DNA of 64,000 bases from Candidatus Azophilus sp. (GTDB lineage: Bacteria; Pseudomonadota; Gammaproteobacteria; Pseudomonadales; Azotimanducaceae), in assembly GCA_965220835.1 (NCBI GenBank), contig OZ244842.1, forward strand, positions 3,495,611-3,559,610, in the 5' to 3' direction. Below the pieces are notes generated by a model, which made no database searches, was not told where the DNA came from, and saw only the letters and a list, made by a program, of their open reading frames with translations. The number at the start of each line of letters is the position of its first letter. Within the stretch, counting starts at the first letter, position 1. A program made the translations under genes and the position numbers. Shown piece by piece: positions 1 through 9,680 of this stretch.

Positions 1-1197
1 GAAGATCGTCAGTTCGATGATGCCGGCCGGCGGGTCCAGGGCCAGGGCGGCGGCGGTGACTGCGAAGCCGATGATGCCCATGCGCGTCCAGGCCAGCGGC
101 CGCTGACTGGGCTTGAAGGTCTTGATGATGTCGTTGTAGAGCACCGAGGCCGCCACCAGCAGCACGCTGTCCATGGACGACATGGCGGCGGCCAGGATGG
201 CGATGATGAGGAAGTCTGACACCGCCAGCGGGAAGACGCTGCGGTCATTGATCAGCAGGGGCACGATGTTGTCGGTGTCGGTGACGCCTTCCACCAGGAA
301 GTGGGCGTACATGCCGATGGGATACAGGCAGAACTGCACCAAGGCGATGCCGACAACGGACACCCACATGCCGACTTTCAGCGCCTTCTCGTCTCGTAGG
401 GCATAGAAGCGCGCCACCTGCCGGGGGTCGACCAAGAGCTTCAGGCTGCCGCTCAGGGCGATGCCCATGAGCACCACCAAGGGCACCGCACCGCCGAACT
501 CGAAGAGAATGGCGGTGTCCGCCCGCTCCCGCAATTCAGGCAGAACGCTGACGCCGCCGGCAGCCGATGTGACGAAGTAGAACATCAGCGCAGACCCCGC
601 AACCATTAGCAAGCCTTGGGCCACATCGGTTCGCACCACGGAGACGAAGCCGCCCACGGACGTGTACAACATGACGATGACCAAGGTCACGCCGATGGCG
701 GCCGTGTAGGGAATCTGCAGGAAGTGCTGAAACAAGGCGCCGGCGCCTTTGAAGATGGCCATCAGGTAAAGCAGGCTTGAAGCCACCACCACTAGCGCTG
801 AAACCAGCCGCAACGTCGGCGTCTTGGCAGCGAAGCGGGCGTGCAGCAGGTCCGGCAGGGTGAGGGCGTCCCAATGCGCGGCGAAGCGGCGCACCTTGGG
901 CGCCACCGTCGTCCAGGCCAGCCACGTGAAGAACACCATGACGCCGGCGTAGGCCAACCACGGCAGGCCGTAATCGTAGCTCTTGCCGGCGTTGCCGATG
1001 TAGCTGTTGGTGCTGGCGTAGGTGGCGAAGAAGGAAACCCCAATGACGAAGCCGCCGGCGTTGCGCCCACCAACGTAGTAGCCCGCTACGCCGTTCGCCC
1101 GGCGCCTTCCCAGGTTGGCGTGATGAAGCAGCAAGCCAGTGTAAGCGAGCAGCAGCAATCCGGCCAGCCAATGCTCGGCCCACCAATCAAGGGTCAC
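1..1197 (-). CDS. sodium:solute symporter (SSF) family transporter, 3' end outside window
   Basis: Absent from the ORF track because this frame has no stop inside the window. My own reverse-strand translation starts at GTG (complement of 1195-1197) and reads VTLDWWAEHWLAGLLLLAYTG...GYYVGGRNAGGFVIGVSFFATYASTNSYIGNAGKSYDYGLPW. It stays open to base 1 (399 codons), ending GIIELTIF. The product is multi-TM and hydrophobic with an SSF-like N-terminal region. Confidence 0.75.
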   Translation of the reverse strand, partial: MTLDWWAEHWLAGLLLLAYTGLLLHHANLGRRRANGVAGYYVGGRNAGGFVIGVSFFATYASTNSYIGNAGKSYDYGLPWLAYAGVMVFFTWLAWTTVAPKVRRFAAHWDALTLPDLLHARFAAKTPTLRLVSALVVVASSLLYLMAIFKGAGALFQHFLQIPYTAAIGVTLVIVMLYTSVGGFVSVVRTDVAQGLLMVAGSALMFYFVTSAAGGVSVLPELRERADTAILFEFGGAVPLVVLMGIALSGSLKLLVDPRQVARFYALRDEKALKVGMWVSVVGIALVQFCLYPIGMYAHFLVEGVTDTDNIVPLLINDRSVFPLAVSDFLIIAILAAAMSSMDSVLLVAASVLYNDIIKTFKPSQRPLAWTRMGIIGFAVTAAALALDPPAGIIELTIF

Positions 1198-1302
1198 GCC
1201 GGCCTCGCCGCGCCAATGGAGCGAACACGGCTCCGGTTCATCTTGGAGCCGATTGCCGCTATGCTCCCGAACACGTAACGCCTCCCCATTCGACGGGTCC
1301 GC

Positions 1303-1545
1303 TTGCTGAAGGAATCGGAGCTATCGACAGGCTCGCAACGCCAAACCAATTCTTGGCTTCCCATGCGCTACCTCATTCAGTTTGTCGTTCCGGCGCTCAT
1401 TCTCCTCGCCGTCATCGCCATCGTCAGCCGCAGCCGAAGGCAGGGTGATGATGAAGATGGCCGTGGCCTCTTCTTGGTGCTCCTGGTCATTGGCGCGGTG
1501 GCTGCGGTGGCGATTTTATTCGCTGTTCAAGGGTACTTGGACTAG
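1303..1545 (+). CDS. hypothetical small membrane protein
   Basis: ORF track, 80 aa. Two hydrophobic helices (VVPALILLAVIAIV and FLVLLVIGAVAAVAILFAV) are separated by the charged loop SRSRRQGDDEDGR. The start is TTG, with an ATG alternative at 1363 (MRYLIQ). No family recognised. Confidence 0.4.
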   Translation: MLKESELSTGSQRQTNSWLPMRYLIQFVVPALILLAVIAIVSRSRRQGDDEDGRGLFLVLLVIGAVAAVAILFAVQGYLD

Positions 1546-1814
1546 GAGCCTGCGACACCGCTTGCGTGTGCGGCAGCGTCTCGAACGTTCTCGTGGGAGA
1601 GTCAGCATTAAGTAAGATGCTGAAGAAACCAACATGAACACGTGGCGGCACCGCGCTAGAGATCTCAGCGCCTGCTCGCCCTCGGGCAAGCAACTCCCTA
1701 GCAGCCCGTCGGGCTTGGCCTAGGCACTGCAGCGTGGGTTTGGTGCATGGCTTGCGCTTCGGGGGTTGGGCTGGGTGTAGACTCAACAGTGCCTTTGAGT
1801 GAATTCGAACATGT

Positions 1815-2699
1815 TTGATCGCAACTATTTCTTCTTCTTCGCCCGCTGAAGTGAATACGCCATCGGACAGCCACGATGTACGTGACGCAGCGCTGACCGC
1901 CGAAGCAGCCAAGCGCTATCAGCCCAAGCTGGGGTTTATGGTTGTCGGAGCCCAAAAGTGCGGGACTACGGCGCTCTGGGAATATCTCACCTTGGCGCTC
2001 ACCCGGAAGTTGCCATGGCCGTCCCAAAGGAGGTTCACCTATTCGATAGCCCTGACTATTCCCCCGAGTGGTCGTCTGCGGAGATTGATGAGCGCTACGC
2101 ACCTTCGTTCTCTCATTGCTCGGGCGTGAAGGTCCGTGGTGAGGTCACGCCAATCTACATGTCGGCACGCCATCTTTCCGGAAGTTGCGCCTGAGTTGAA
2201 GCGCTACAATCCAGAATTGAAGCTTATAGTGCTGTTGCGGGACAGTGCGGACAGGGCCGTATCCCACTACTACATGGAGCGGTCCAAGGGCAATGAGTCG
2301 GCGCCTCTGTGGCTCGCTCTGCTGGCGGAGCCATGGCGATTGCGTCGCTGCGCCAAAACTCGCGATTGGGGTTCAGCCGCCCGCGTGCACAGTTACCGCA
2401 TCCGTGGCCTGTACAGCTTTCAGCTACGCAACCTGCATCGCTACTTTCCCCGCCAGCAAATGCTCGTCGTGAGCAACCGCCTCCTGCTGCGGGATCACCA
2501 AGCGGCGCTGCGCCGAATCTTCAGCTTTCTAGGTGTCTCCGAGAACGTGAGTACTTGCCTCAGTTTCCTAACGATGGCTAAGCGCCCCGCTTCCGCAGGG
2601 GACCTGCTCGGTAAGCGACGGCACCCCATCCTGTCCTGGTTGCTAGGACTGAGCTACTTGGCTGAACGGCGGCGGGCGCGAGGCCTTTACCAGCTATAG
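1815..2699 (+). pseudogene. sulfotransferase disrupted by two compensating frameshifts
   Basis: Sulfotransferase motifs are split over three ORF-track pieces. 1815..2129 carries the PAPS 5'-phosphosulfate loop (PKLGFMVVGAQKCGTTALWEYL). 1958..2194, in another frame, carries HPEVAMAVPKEVHLFDS...GEVTPIYM. 2136..2699, back in the first frame, carries NPELKLIVLLRDSADRAVSHYY. The frame switches fall at about 1989-2000 and 2161-2166. Confidence 0.6.
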
Positions 2700-2908
2700 G
2701 CGGAGGCAATCGGCAGGCCTCCAATGAGGTAGCGCGCCGAAAGACAAGACGCTTGACACTCTCCGTGATCGTCATTGGCATGCATCGATTCGAAGTCTCA
2801 TTGTTGACTGGTAGCCTTCGTTGGCGCAGCAAGACATCGTGTTGCTTGACCCTTGGTGGTGGCGGCACAACGCCGGCTTACCAAATGCTCTGGATGTCGC
2901 CAAGAATC

Positions 2909-3871
2909 TCATGGAACGGTTTTTTGGCGCTGCCTCTCTCCCGCCAAGTTGTGCTGGCGGACGGATTCGTTGGCGCCACGGCGCATTGCTTTGCGGACTT
3001 TGGGGTAGAACGTCAAGGCTTGGATGACAGCTGCGGCCAGAGCGTCGGGGTCTGGGGTGGCGATAAGGCAATTCTGGCGGTGATGGCACAAGCCCCGGTT
3101 GCCTATGCAGTCCAAAGTCACAACGACGCTGCCGCAGGCCATCGCCTCTAGGGTGGGTAGGTGGAAACCCTCCTCCGCGGTGGGTAGGCAGACCGTCACT
3201 TCCGTGCCCGCTAGTGCGGCAAGGAATTGCTGGCGCGGCAGGAAGTCCAGCAGCAAGCGATGGGGCACTTGGGCGTCGGTAAGGCGGTTCGACAAGGCCT
3301 TGGCTAAGTCCGGGTGCTTGTGGCCCACGACGATCACGGAGCGGCGCCTGCGTCTTAGCCGATCGGCTGCTTGGCGGCGCAGAGCGACCGCAGGTGGCAT
3401 GCGCATGCCGTTGACGATGGTGAACACCGGGCCGTTGGCTTGGCCGGTGGCGCGCAGTGCCTCCGCAACCCCCTCGCTGACGCAGATGCGCACTGCCCTC
3501 TGGCTGAGGTAGGTGTGCCGTTCGGTGCCCTCACCGACGTGGCGGACGCTTTGAATCAAGTTAATGCGCGGGTTAGGCAGGGTGTCGAGGCCGTTTTGGA
3601 TCAAGTAGCGCCAGTCCTGCCCGGCGAGAAACAGGATGTCCTGGCGCCCCGGCTGCCAACGTTCGGCATAAGCCCCCTTGCGCGGCGGCCAAAGGCGACG
3701 TTGGTCGGGGTGAGGGGTTGCGCCGGGTTCGGCGGTGAAACTGATGCGCGGTGCGTATCCGGGCAGGCGCCGAACGTGGTCGAAGTAGTGGGCATGCTTG
3801 AGATGGCCGCCGGTCAAGCGCCGGAATTGGCGATGAAACCAAACCGTCGTTGCGTCTTCCTTTGCCGCCAT
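2909..3871 (-). CDS. glycosyltransferase (GT-B, family 1/4-like)
   Basis: This is the C-terminal part of ORF 2909..4096. It has the typical GT1 motif TAEEGFHLPTLEAMACGSVVVT. The start is placed at the internal ATG at 3871 (MAAKEDATTVWF), because the upstream 75 codons look like non-coding read-through. Confidence 0.7.
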   Translation of the reverse strand: MAAKEDATTVWFHRQFRRLTGGHLKHAHYFDHVRRLPGYAPRISFTAEPGATPHPDQRRLWPPRKGAYAERWQPGRQDILFLAGQDWRYLIQNGLDTLPNPRINLIQSVRHVGEGTERHTYLSQRAVRICVSEGVAEALRATGQANGPVFTIVNGMRMPPAVALRRQAADRLRRRRRSVIVVGHKHPDLAKALSNRLTDAQVPHRLLLDFLPRQQFLAALAGTEVTVCLPTAEEGFHLPTLEAMACGSVVVTLDCIGNRGLCHHRQNCLIATPDPDALAAAVIQALTFYPKVRKAMRRGANESVRQHNLAGERQRQKTVP

Positions 3872-4094
3872 GTCATTTTGTCCTTCAAGCCTTGAGCGCC
3901 GGCGCAGTCTATGCCAAAGCGACACCCCTTGCCCTGTTGCTGGGATTGAAGACGGCCCGATGTCAGGCACGATGCTTTCCAAGCCAAGGCGAGATGGCCC
4001 TGCGCAAGGAGAACTTGCTGTGTAGAGCCCGGTTATCGGTAGTGAAAACACGGCTTCCCAAGTCGAGTAAACTAGCTTGCAAAGGGGAGTGGGC

Positions 4095-4958
4095 ATGGAC
4101 CGACTGGCGCAAGGCTACGGCCTCATCGAGGGGCCGGTGTGGGAGGACGGCAAGGGGCTGCTGTTCAGCGACGTGCTGTTCGGAGGCGTCTTCCGGCTGA
4201 GTCTCGACGGTGCCGTGGAAACGGTGTTTGAGCACCGCCGGGGCATCGGCGGCATGGCGCTGCACGAGGCGGGCGGCTTGATCGTCAGCGGCCGGAACCT
4301 ATCCTTCAAGCCGTTTTCCGGGGGCGCCACGGTCACCGTGCTGGAGCAGGATGAGTCCGCCGGCGTGGTGGGCTTCAACGACCTGACCACCGATGCCGAC
4401 GGGCGCATCTACGCCGGCGCTTTGGGGGCCAGCCCGGTTTTCGAGGATGGCCGCGAGCCGCGGGCGGGCGATCTGTACGTGGTTGACCTTGATGGCTCAG
4501 CCCGCGTGGTGGCGCAGGACGTGCAGCTCACCAATGGCCTGGGCTTTTCCCCTGACGGCGCCACGCTGTACCACTCCGACTCCCGCCGCCAGACGGTCTT
4601 CTGCTACAGCGTTGCCGCAGACGGTGCGTTGGGCGAGAAGCGCGTGTTCGTCCGGACGGACAACGGGTCGCCGGACGGCTTGGCCGTTTCGGAGGACGGT
4701 GCGGTTTGGGTGGCCTTGGCGGGAGCTGGCGGAGTGAGTGTTTACTCTGATTCTGGGGCGCATCAGGACTTGGTCGAGATTCCCGAACCCATGTGCACCA
4801 GCCTCTGTTTTGGCGGCGCTGACCGGCGCGATCTGTACATCGTTTCGGGTTCGCAGGGCAGCCAAGGCGAGCGCGCTGGCGCCGTTTACCGCACCCGAAC
4901 CAGTGTGGCTGGGCTGCCGGTTGCCGCCGCGCGAACCCGTTTAGGGAGCACGGATTGA
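4095..4958 (+). CDS. SMP-30/gluconolactonase/LRE family protein
   Basis: ORF 4077..4958, with ATG at 4095 preceded by GGGGAG. Repeated beta-propeller motifs are EGPVWEDGKGLLFSDV, NDLTTDADGRIYAG, TNGLGFSPDGATLYHSDS and PDGLAVSEDGAVWVA. Confidence 0.8.
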   Translation: MDRLAQGYGLIEGPVWEDGKGLLFSDVLFGGVFRLSLDGAVETVFEHRRGIGGMALHEAGGLIVSGRNLSFKPFSGGATVTVLEQDESAGVVGFNDLTTDADGRIYAGALGASPVFEDGREPRAGDLYVVDLDGSARVVAQDVQLTNGLGFSPDGATLYHSDSRRQTVFCYSVAADGALGEKRVFVRTDNGSPDGLAVSEDGAVWVALAGAGGVSVYSDSGAHQDLVEIPEPMCTSLCFGGADRRDLYIVSGSQGSQGERAGAVYRTRTSVAGLPVAAARTRLGSTD

Positions 4959-5027
4959 GCGAGTAGGTCTTGGCTCGCTGCAGCCACAAGTGCGCACAAC
5001 CACACTTCTAACCGCTAAGGAACAAAC

Positions 5028-5858
5028 ATGTCCAAAACCGCCATCGAAACAGGCACCGACGATCTCTTGGCCCATGAGGAGGCTCAGGTTCTCACCATCA
5101 CCTTGAACCGGCCTGCGGCGCGCAACGCCATGAGTGGCGAGATGAACAGCGCCTTGGCCACCACCTTGGAGTACGGCGAGCGCTCCCCCAACGTGCGCTG
5201 CATCGTGCTGACGGGGGCAGGCGGCGCCTTTTGCGCGGGCGGTGACGTCAAAGGCATGGCCGCACGAGGCGAGGGCGGCGGCCCCGGGCCCACCCTTGAT
5301 GAGCGCATCCACGGCCAGCGGCTCAACCAGCGCAACACCGCCGGGCGCATTTACTTGATGCCCAAGCCGGTAGTCGCTGCCCTGCCGGGGCCCGCTGCGG
5401 GTGCTGGCCTGTCATTGGCGTTGGCCGCGGACCTTCGCATCATGGCCGACACCGCCTTCATCACGTCCGCCTTTGCCAAAGTCGGCTTCAGCGGCGACTA
5501 CGGCGGCACTTTCTTCCTGTCCCATCTGGTGGGTGCCGCCAAGGCCAAGGAAATCTACTACCTCTCCGACCGAGTAAGCGCGGAGGAGTGCCAGCGCTTG
5601 GGCTTGGCCAACTATGTGGTCCCCGCCGACCAACTCGAAGCCGAGACCGCGGCTCTAGCCCGCCGCTTGGCATCCGGCCCGCCGGTCGCCTACCGCTACA
5701 TGAAGGAGAACTTCAACCGTGCGGCGATGGGAGCGGACGTGATCGAATGCCTTGACTTGGAGGCCACCCACCACGTCCACACTGGCCTGACCGAAGACCA
5801 CCGCAACGCCGCACGGGCCTTCGTGGAGAAGCAACAGCCGGTGTTTTCTGGCCGTTGA
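5028..5858 (+). CDS. enoyl-CoA hydratase/isomerase (crotonase) family
   Basis: 276 aa with crotonase signatures: ITLNRPAARNAM, VLTGAGGAFCAGGDV, PVVAALPGPAAGAGLSLALAADLRI. Confidence 0.85.
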   Translation: MSKTAIETGTDDLLAHEEAQVLTITLNRPAARNAMSGEMNSALATTLEYGERSPNVRCIVLTGAGGAFCAGGDVKGMAARGEGGGPGPTLDERIHGQRLNQRNTAGRIYLMPKPVVAALPGPAAGAGLSLALAADLRIMADTAFITSAFAKVGFSGDYGGTFFLSHLVGAAKAKEIYYLSDRVSAEECQRLGLANYVVPADQLEAETAALARRLASGPPVAYRYMKENFNRAAMGADVIECLDLEATHHVHTGLTEDHRNAARAFVEKQQPVFSGR

Positions 5859-5889
5859 GTGGGGCATCAGCCAAGCAAGCGGGCCCAGC

Positions 5890-6870
5890 CTACGCGTCGT
5901 TGCGCAGGCCGCGCTGCGCCAGGAATTGCGGGTTGTACAGGCTTGACTGATACTTGTGGCCGGTGTCGGTGAGCACGGTGACTATGGTGTGGCCGGGGCC
6001 AAGGCGCTTGGCAATGGCCACTGCGGCACACAGGTTGATGCCCGTGCTGGAGCCGAAGAACCAACCTTGGCTGCGTAGCTGGCCGTAGACCATCTCCACC
6101 ATTTGCTGGTCATCGATCTGCACGGCGTCGTCGATTTCGGTGCCCGCGAGATTGTCCGTGACCCGGCTGTTGCCAATGCCCTCGGTGATCGACGGTCCCG
6201 GCGTCATGGTGGCCTCGCCGGTGGTCACCCAGTTGTACAGGGCGCTGCCGTGGGGGTCGGCGAGCACGACCTCGATGTCCGATCGGCGCTCCTTCAGGTA
6301 GCGGGAGACCCCAGCCAAGGTGCCGCCGGTGCCCACCGAACAGGTGAAGGCGTCGAGGGCGCCGCCGGTCTGCGCCCAGATTTCCGGGCCGGTGGACTCA
6401 AAGTGCGCCAGCCGGTTGGCCACGTTGTCGAATTGGTTGGCCCACACGGCGTTGGGCAGCTCATCGGCATAGCGCCCGGCCTGCTTCTGGTAGTTCATTT
6501 CGTCGCGGTAGGGCACCGTGGGCACCACCCGCACCTCGGCGCCAAGGGTCTTCAGGATGGCGACTTTTTCCGGCGACTGGTTGTCTGGCATGAAGATGAC
6601 GCAAGGGTAGCCGCGCTCATTGCAGACGTGGGCGAGGCCGATGCCCGTGTTGCCGGCAGTGCCTTCCACCACCGTGCCGCCGGGTTTGAGCGTCCCGCTT
6701 CTCTCGTGCTCCCTCACCATCCACAGGGCGGCGCGGTCCTTGACCGAACCGCCGGGGTTCAGAAACTCCGCCTTGCCCAGAATTTCGCAGCCAGTGGCCT
6801 CACTCAAGGCCGCCATGCGGATCAGCGGCGTGTTGCCCACGCTGCCAGCGAAGCCTTCCCTTGTTTCCAT
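5890..6870 (-). CDS. cysteine synthase-like PLP-dependent enzyme (CysK/CysM/CBS fold)
   Basis: 326 aa. VGNTPLIRM...AEFLNPGGSVKDRAAL (PLP lysine motif), TAGNTGIGLA, SVGTGGTLAG. Confidence 0.85.
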   Translation of the reverse strand: METREGFAGSVGNTPLIRMAALSEATGCEILGKAEFLNPGGSVKDRAALWMVREHERSGTLKPGGTVVEGTAGNTGIGLAHVCNERGYPCVIFMPDNQSPEKVAILKTLGAEVRVVPTVPYRDEMNYQKQAGRYADELPNAVWANQFDNVANRLAHFESTGPEIWAQTGGALDAFTCSVGTGGTLAGVSRYLKERRSDIEVVLADPHGSALYNWVTTGEATMTPGPSITEGIGNSRVTDNLAGTEIDDAVQIDDQQMVEMVYGQLRSQGWFFGSSTGINLCAAVAIAKRLGPGHTIVTVLTDTGHKYQSSLYNPQFLAQRGLRNDA

Positions 6871-6977
6871 AGCGGCGTTCCGTCGAGCAAAACCCCAAGT
6901 TTAACTTGCTTGGCTTACGCTAATCCGTCCGCGAAGCGGCTGTTTCGTCAATCCGACCCCGACGCCTACTGTGGCGC

Positions 6978-7017
6978 CGAGTTGCGAAGCAACTCGATCA
7001 CGTCGCCATAGGCGACG
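6978..7017. repeat. pair of REP-like palindromes (CGAGTTGC-GAA-GCAACTCG, then CGTCGCC-ATA-GGCGACG)
   Basis: Read directly in the 215-bp divergent gap. The first palindrome has the same arms as hairpin H1 of the 48.5-kb element. Confidence 0.7.
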
Positions 7018-7085
7018 CGGGCTTGAACTAATCCCGTGACGGGGCCAACATCCTCTGTTAACTCCCAAGGAAGTCGGAAGGCCCC

Positions 7086-8237
7086 ATGGTTCCAGAATCA
7101 CTCAAGTGCAGCATTGCAGACGCTGGGCTGAACCCTGCCAAGGTGGATGAACTGCTGGCCCGCGTGCGCCGGGAGGTTGACGCCGGGCTGCTGTCGGCCG
7201 CGCAGGTGGCGCTGGCCCGCAACGGCAGGCTCGCCGCGCTGGCCTCCTTTGGCGACGCCTCCGAAGAGAGCCTCTTCTGCGTTTTCTCGGCCACCAAGGC
7301 GGTGACTTCGGCAGCGGCTTGGATTCTCATCCAGGAAGGCCGGCTGGACGAGGACGAAATCGTGGCCGACATCATTCCCGAGTTCGCCAGCAACGGCAAG
7401 GAAGTGATTCGGGTGGGACAACTGTTCACCCACACGGCCGGTTTTCCGGCCGCTCCGTTTCGGCCGTTGGACTGGAACGATCCGGTCCGGCGGCTGGAGC
7501 GCTATGCCCAGTGGACGCTTAACTGGGCGCCGGGCAGCCGCTTCGAGTACCACCCCTCTTCGAGCATGTGGGTGATTGCGGAGATCATCGAGCGTCGCGC
7601 AGGGCAGTCCTTTCAGTCCTTCGTTCGGGAGCGCATTGCCCAGCCCCTGGGCTTGGACGACCTGCATGTGGGCCTGCCGGACAGCCAGCAAGGCCGCGCT
7701 GCGCTTTGCGAGCACGCCGGCGAAGCCATGACCGATCAGGACTGGATTGACCTCGGCATGCCGCCGCCGCCCGTCACCGAGGTCACCGAGGATGCCATCC
7801 TGAGCTTCAACCGCCCGGAAGTGCGCGCCGTTGGCGTGCCCGGCGGCGGTGCCTACATGAGTGCCGCTGAACTGGCCCTGTTCTACCAAGGCCTGCTGCA
7901 CGGTGGGTTGGGGGGCCAGCGGGTCTGGAGCGATGCCATGCTCAACGAGGCGCGCCGGGTGCGCACTGGCGACTTAACAGACATGGTGGGCACGGTGGCC
8001 AACCGAGGCCTCGGCATCATCATCGCCGGTGATGAGAAGCGCAGCTTTCGCGGCTTCGGCAAGACCAACTCGCCCGCCGCCTTTGGCCACAACGGCGCCG
8101 GTGGTCAGCTTGCTTGGGCAGACCCCGCCACCGGGCTGTCGTTGGGGTATTGCACCCGAACCCACGACCGCCATGCCATTCGCCAAGGCCGGCGCGGCGT
8201 GGCGATTTCCAGCATCGCCGCCCTGTGCGCATCCTAG
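7086..8237 (+). CDS. serine hydrolase, beta-lactamase-related (class C/esterase-like)
   Basis: 383 aa. SxxK nucleophile motif in FCVFSATKAVTSAAAW, with length and pattern typical of the beta-lactamase family. Confidence 0.8.
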   Translation: MVPESLKCSIADAGLNPAKVDELLARVRREVDAGLLSAAQVALARNGRLAALASFGDASEESLFCVFSATKAVTSAAAWILIQEGRLDEDEIVADIIPEFASNGKEVIRVGQLFTHTAGFPAAPFRPLDWNDPVRRLERYAQWTLNWAPGSRFEYHPSSSMWVIAEIIERRAGQSFQSFVRERIAQPLGLDDLHVGLPDSQQGRAALCEHAGEAMTDQDWIDLGMPPPPVTEVTEDAILSFNRPEVRAVGVPGGGAYMSAAELALFYQGLLHGGLGGQRVWSDAMLNEARRVRTGDLTDMVGTVANRGLGIIIAGDEKRSFRGFGKTNSPAAFGHNGAGGQLAWADPATGLSLGYCTRTHDRHAIRQGRRGVAISSIAALCAS

Positions 8238-8250
8238 GGGCGCCCAACGC

Positions 8251-9678
8251 ATGAACAGCATGACTTTCGTAGGATGCTTGGCTGCGCTGCTGCTCGCCGC
8301 CGGAGTGGCCGCCGCAGCCGACCAGCGGGTTCTGGCCGAGGTGGAAAAGGAGCGCGCGGCATCCATTGCCGTGGCCGACGACATTTGGTCGTTCGCCGAA
8401 CTCGGCTATCTGGAAACCAAGAGTTCCGGGCGCCTGCAGGGCTACCTGTCCGACGCCGGATTCAAAGTCGAGAGCGGCGTCGCCGACATCCCCACAGCCT
8501 TCGTGGCGAGCTATGGCACAGGCGCGCCGGTGATCGGCATCCTGGCGGAGTTCGATGCCCTGCCCGGGCTCTCCCAAGCGGCCAAGCCGGTTCGGGAGCC
8601 CCTTGCGGCAGGCATGCCCGGCCATGCCTGCGGCCACCACCTGTTCGGCGCCGCCTCGGCCTCAGCGGGTGTGGCGGTGGCCCGCTGGCTGGCGGCAACG
8701 GGCGTCGCCGGCACCGTGCGCGTGTACGGCACGCCTGCCGAAGAGGGTGGCTCCGGCAAGGTGTACATGGTTCGGGCGGGCCTGTTCGATGACGTGGACG
8801 TGGTGCTGCACTGGCACCCCGCCGACCGCAACGACGCCTCCGCATCCAGCAGCACGGCCAACAAGTCCGGCCGCTTTCGCTTTCAAGGCACCGCGGCCCA
8901 TGCCGCTTCCGCTCCGGAACGAGGCCGCTCAGCACTCGACGGCGTTGAGGCGATGAACTTCATGGTCAACCTGATGCGCGAACACATCCCGGAGGACTCC
9001 CGCGTTCACTATGTCATCACCGATGGCGGGGACGCCCCCAACATCGTGCCTGAGTCGGCAGAAGTTTATTACTACGTGCGCCATCCCAAGCTGCCCACCG
9101 TCAAGGCGTTGTTTGAGCGGGTGGTCAAGGCTGCCGAGGCCGCGGCACTGGGCACTGAGACGCAAATGACCTACGAGGTCATGCACGGCAACTACCCCGT
9201 CCTGCCCAATGAAACCCTGGCGCGGCTGGTGGACGCCAACCTGCGCCGCTTGGGCGGCTACGCCTACAGCCCCAAGGAACAGCGCTTCGCCGCAGCCGTG
9301 CATCAAACCTTGGGCGCATCGGCTCTGCCGCTCGGCACGCAGACTCAGGTCCAGCCTTTCCGTCAGCGGCAAGGGCGGGGCTCCACAGACGTGGGTGATG
9401 TCAGCTGGGCAGCGCCGACCGTGGGCTTCGGCACCGCCACTTGGGTGCCGGGAACCCCCGCCCACTCCTGGCAGGCCGTTGCTGCGGGAGGCACCAGCAT
9501 TGGCCACAAGGGCATGCTGCTGGCGTCGCGCCTGCTGGCGCTGACGGCCACGGACCTGTTCCAGGATGCTGGCCTCATCGAGCGGGCTTGGGCGGAGCTG
9601 CGGGAAAAGCGGGGCGTGGACTTCAAGTACGAAGCCCTGTTGGGCGACCGAGAGCCGCCCTTGGACTATCGCCTCTAG
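8251..9678 (+). CDS. M20 family amidohydrolase (AbgB-like), secreted
   Basis: ORF 8029..9678, with the start moved to ATG 8251, where a signal peptide begins (MNSMTFVGCLAALLLAAGVAAAAD). M20 features are PGHACGHHL, YGTPAEEGGSGK and GSTDVGDVSW. Confidence 0.8.
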   Translation: MNSMTFVGCLAALLLAAGVAAAADQRVLAEVEKERAASIAVADDIWSFAELGYLETKSSGRLQGYLSDAGFKVESGVADIPTAFVASYGTGAPVIGILAEFDALPGLSQAAKPVREPLAAGMPGHACGHHLFGAASASAGVAVARWLAATGVAGTVRVYGTPAEEGGSGKVYMVRAGLFDDVDVVLHWHPADRNDASASSSTANKSGRFRFQGTAAHAASAPERGRSALDGVEAMNFMVNLMREHIPEDSRVHYVITDGGDAPNIVPESAEVYYYVRHPKLPTVKALFERVVKAAEAAALGTETQMTYEVMHGNYPVLPNETLARLVDANLRRLGGYAYSPKEQRFAAAVHQTLGASALPLGTQTQVQPFRQRQGRGSTDVGDVSWAAPTVGFGTATWVPGTPAHSWQAVAAGGTSIGHKGMLLASRLLALTATDLFQDAGLIERAWAELREKRGVDFKYEALLGDREPPLDYRL

Positions 9679-9680
9679 CC

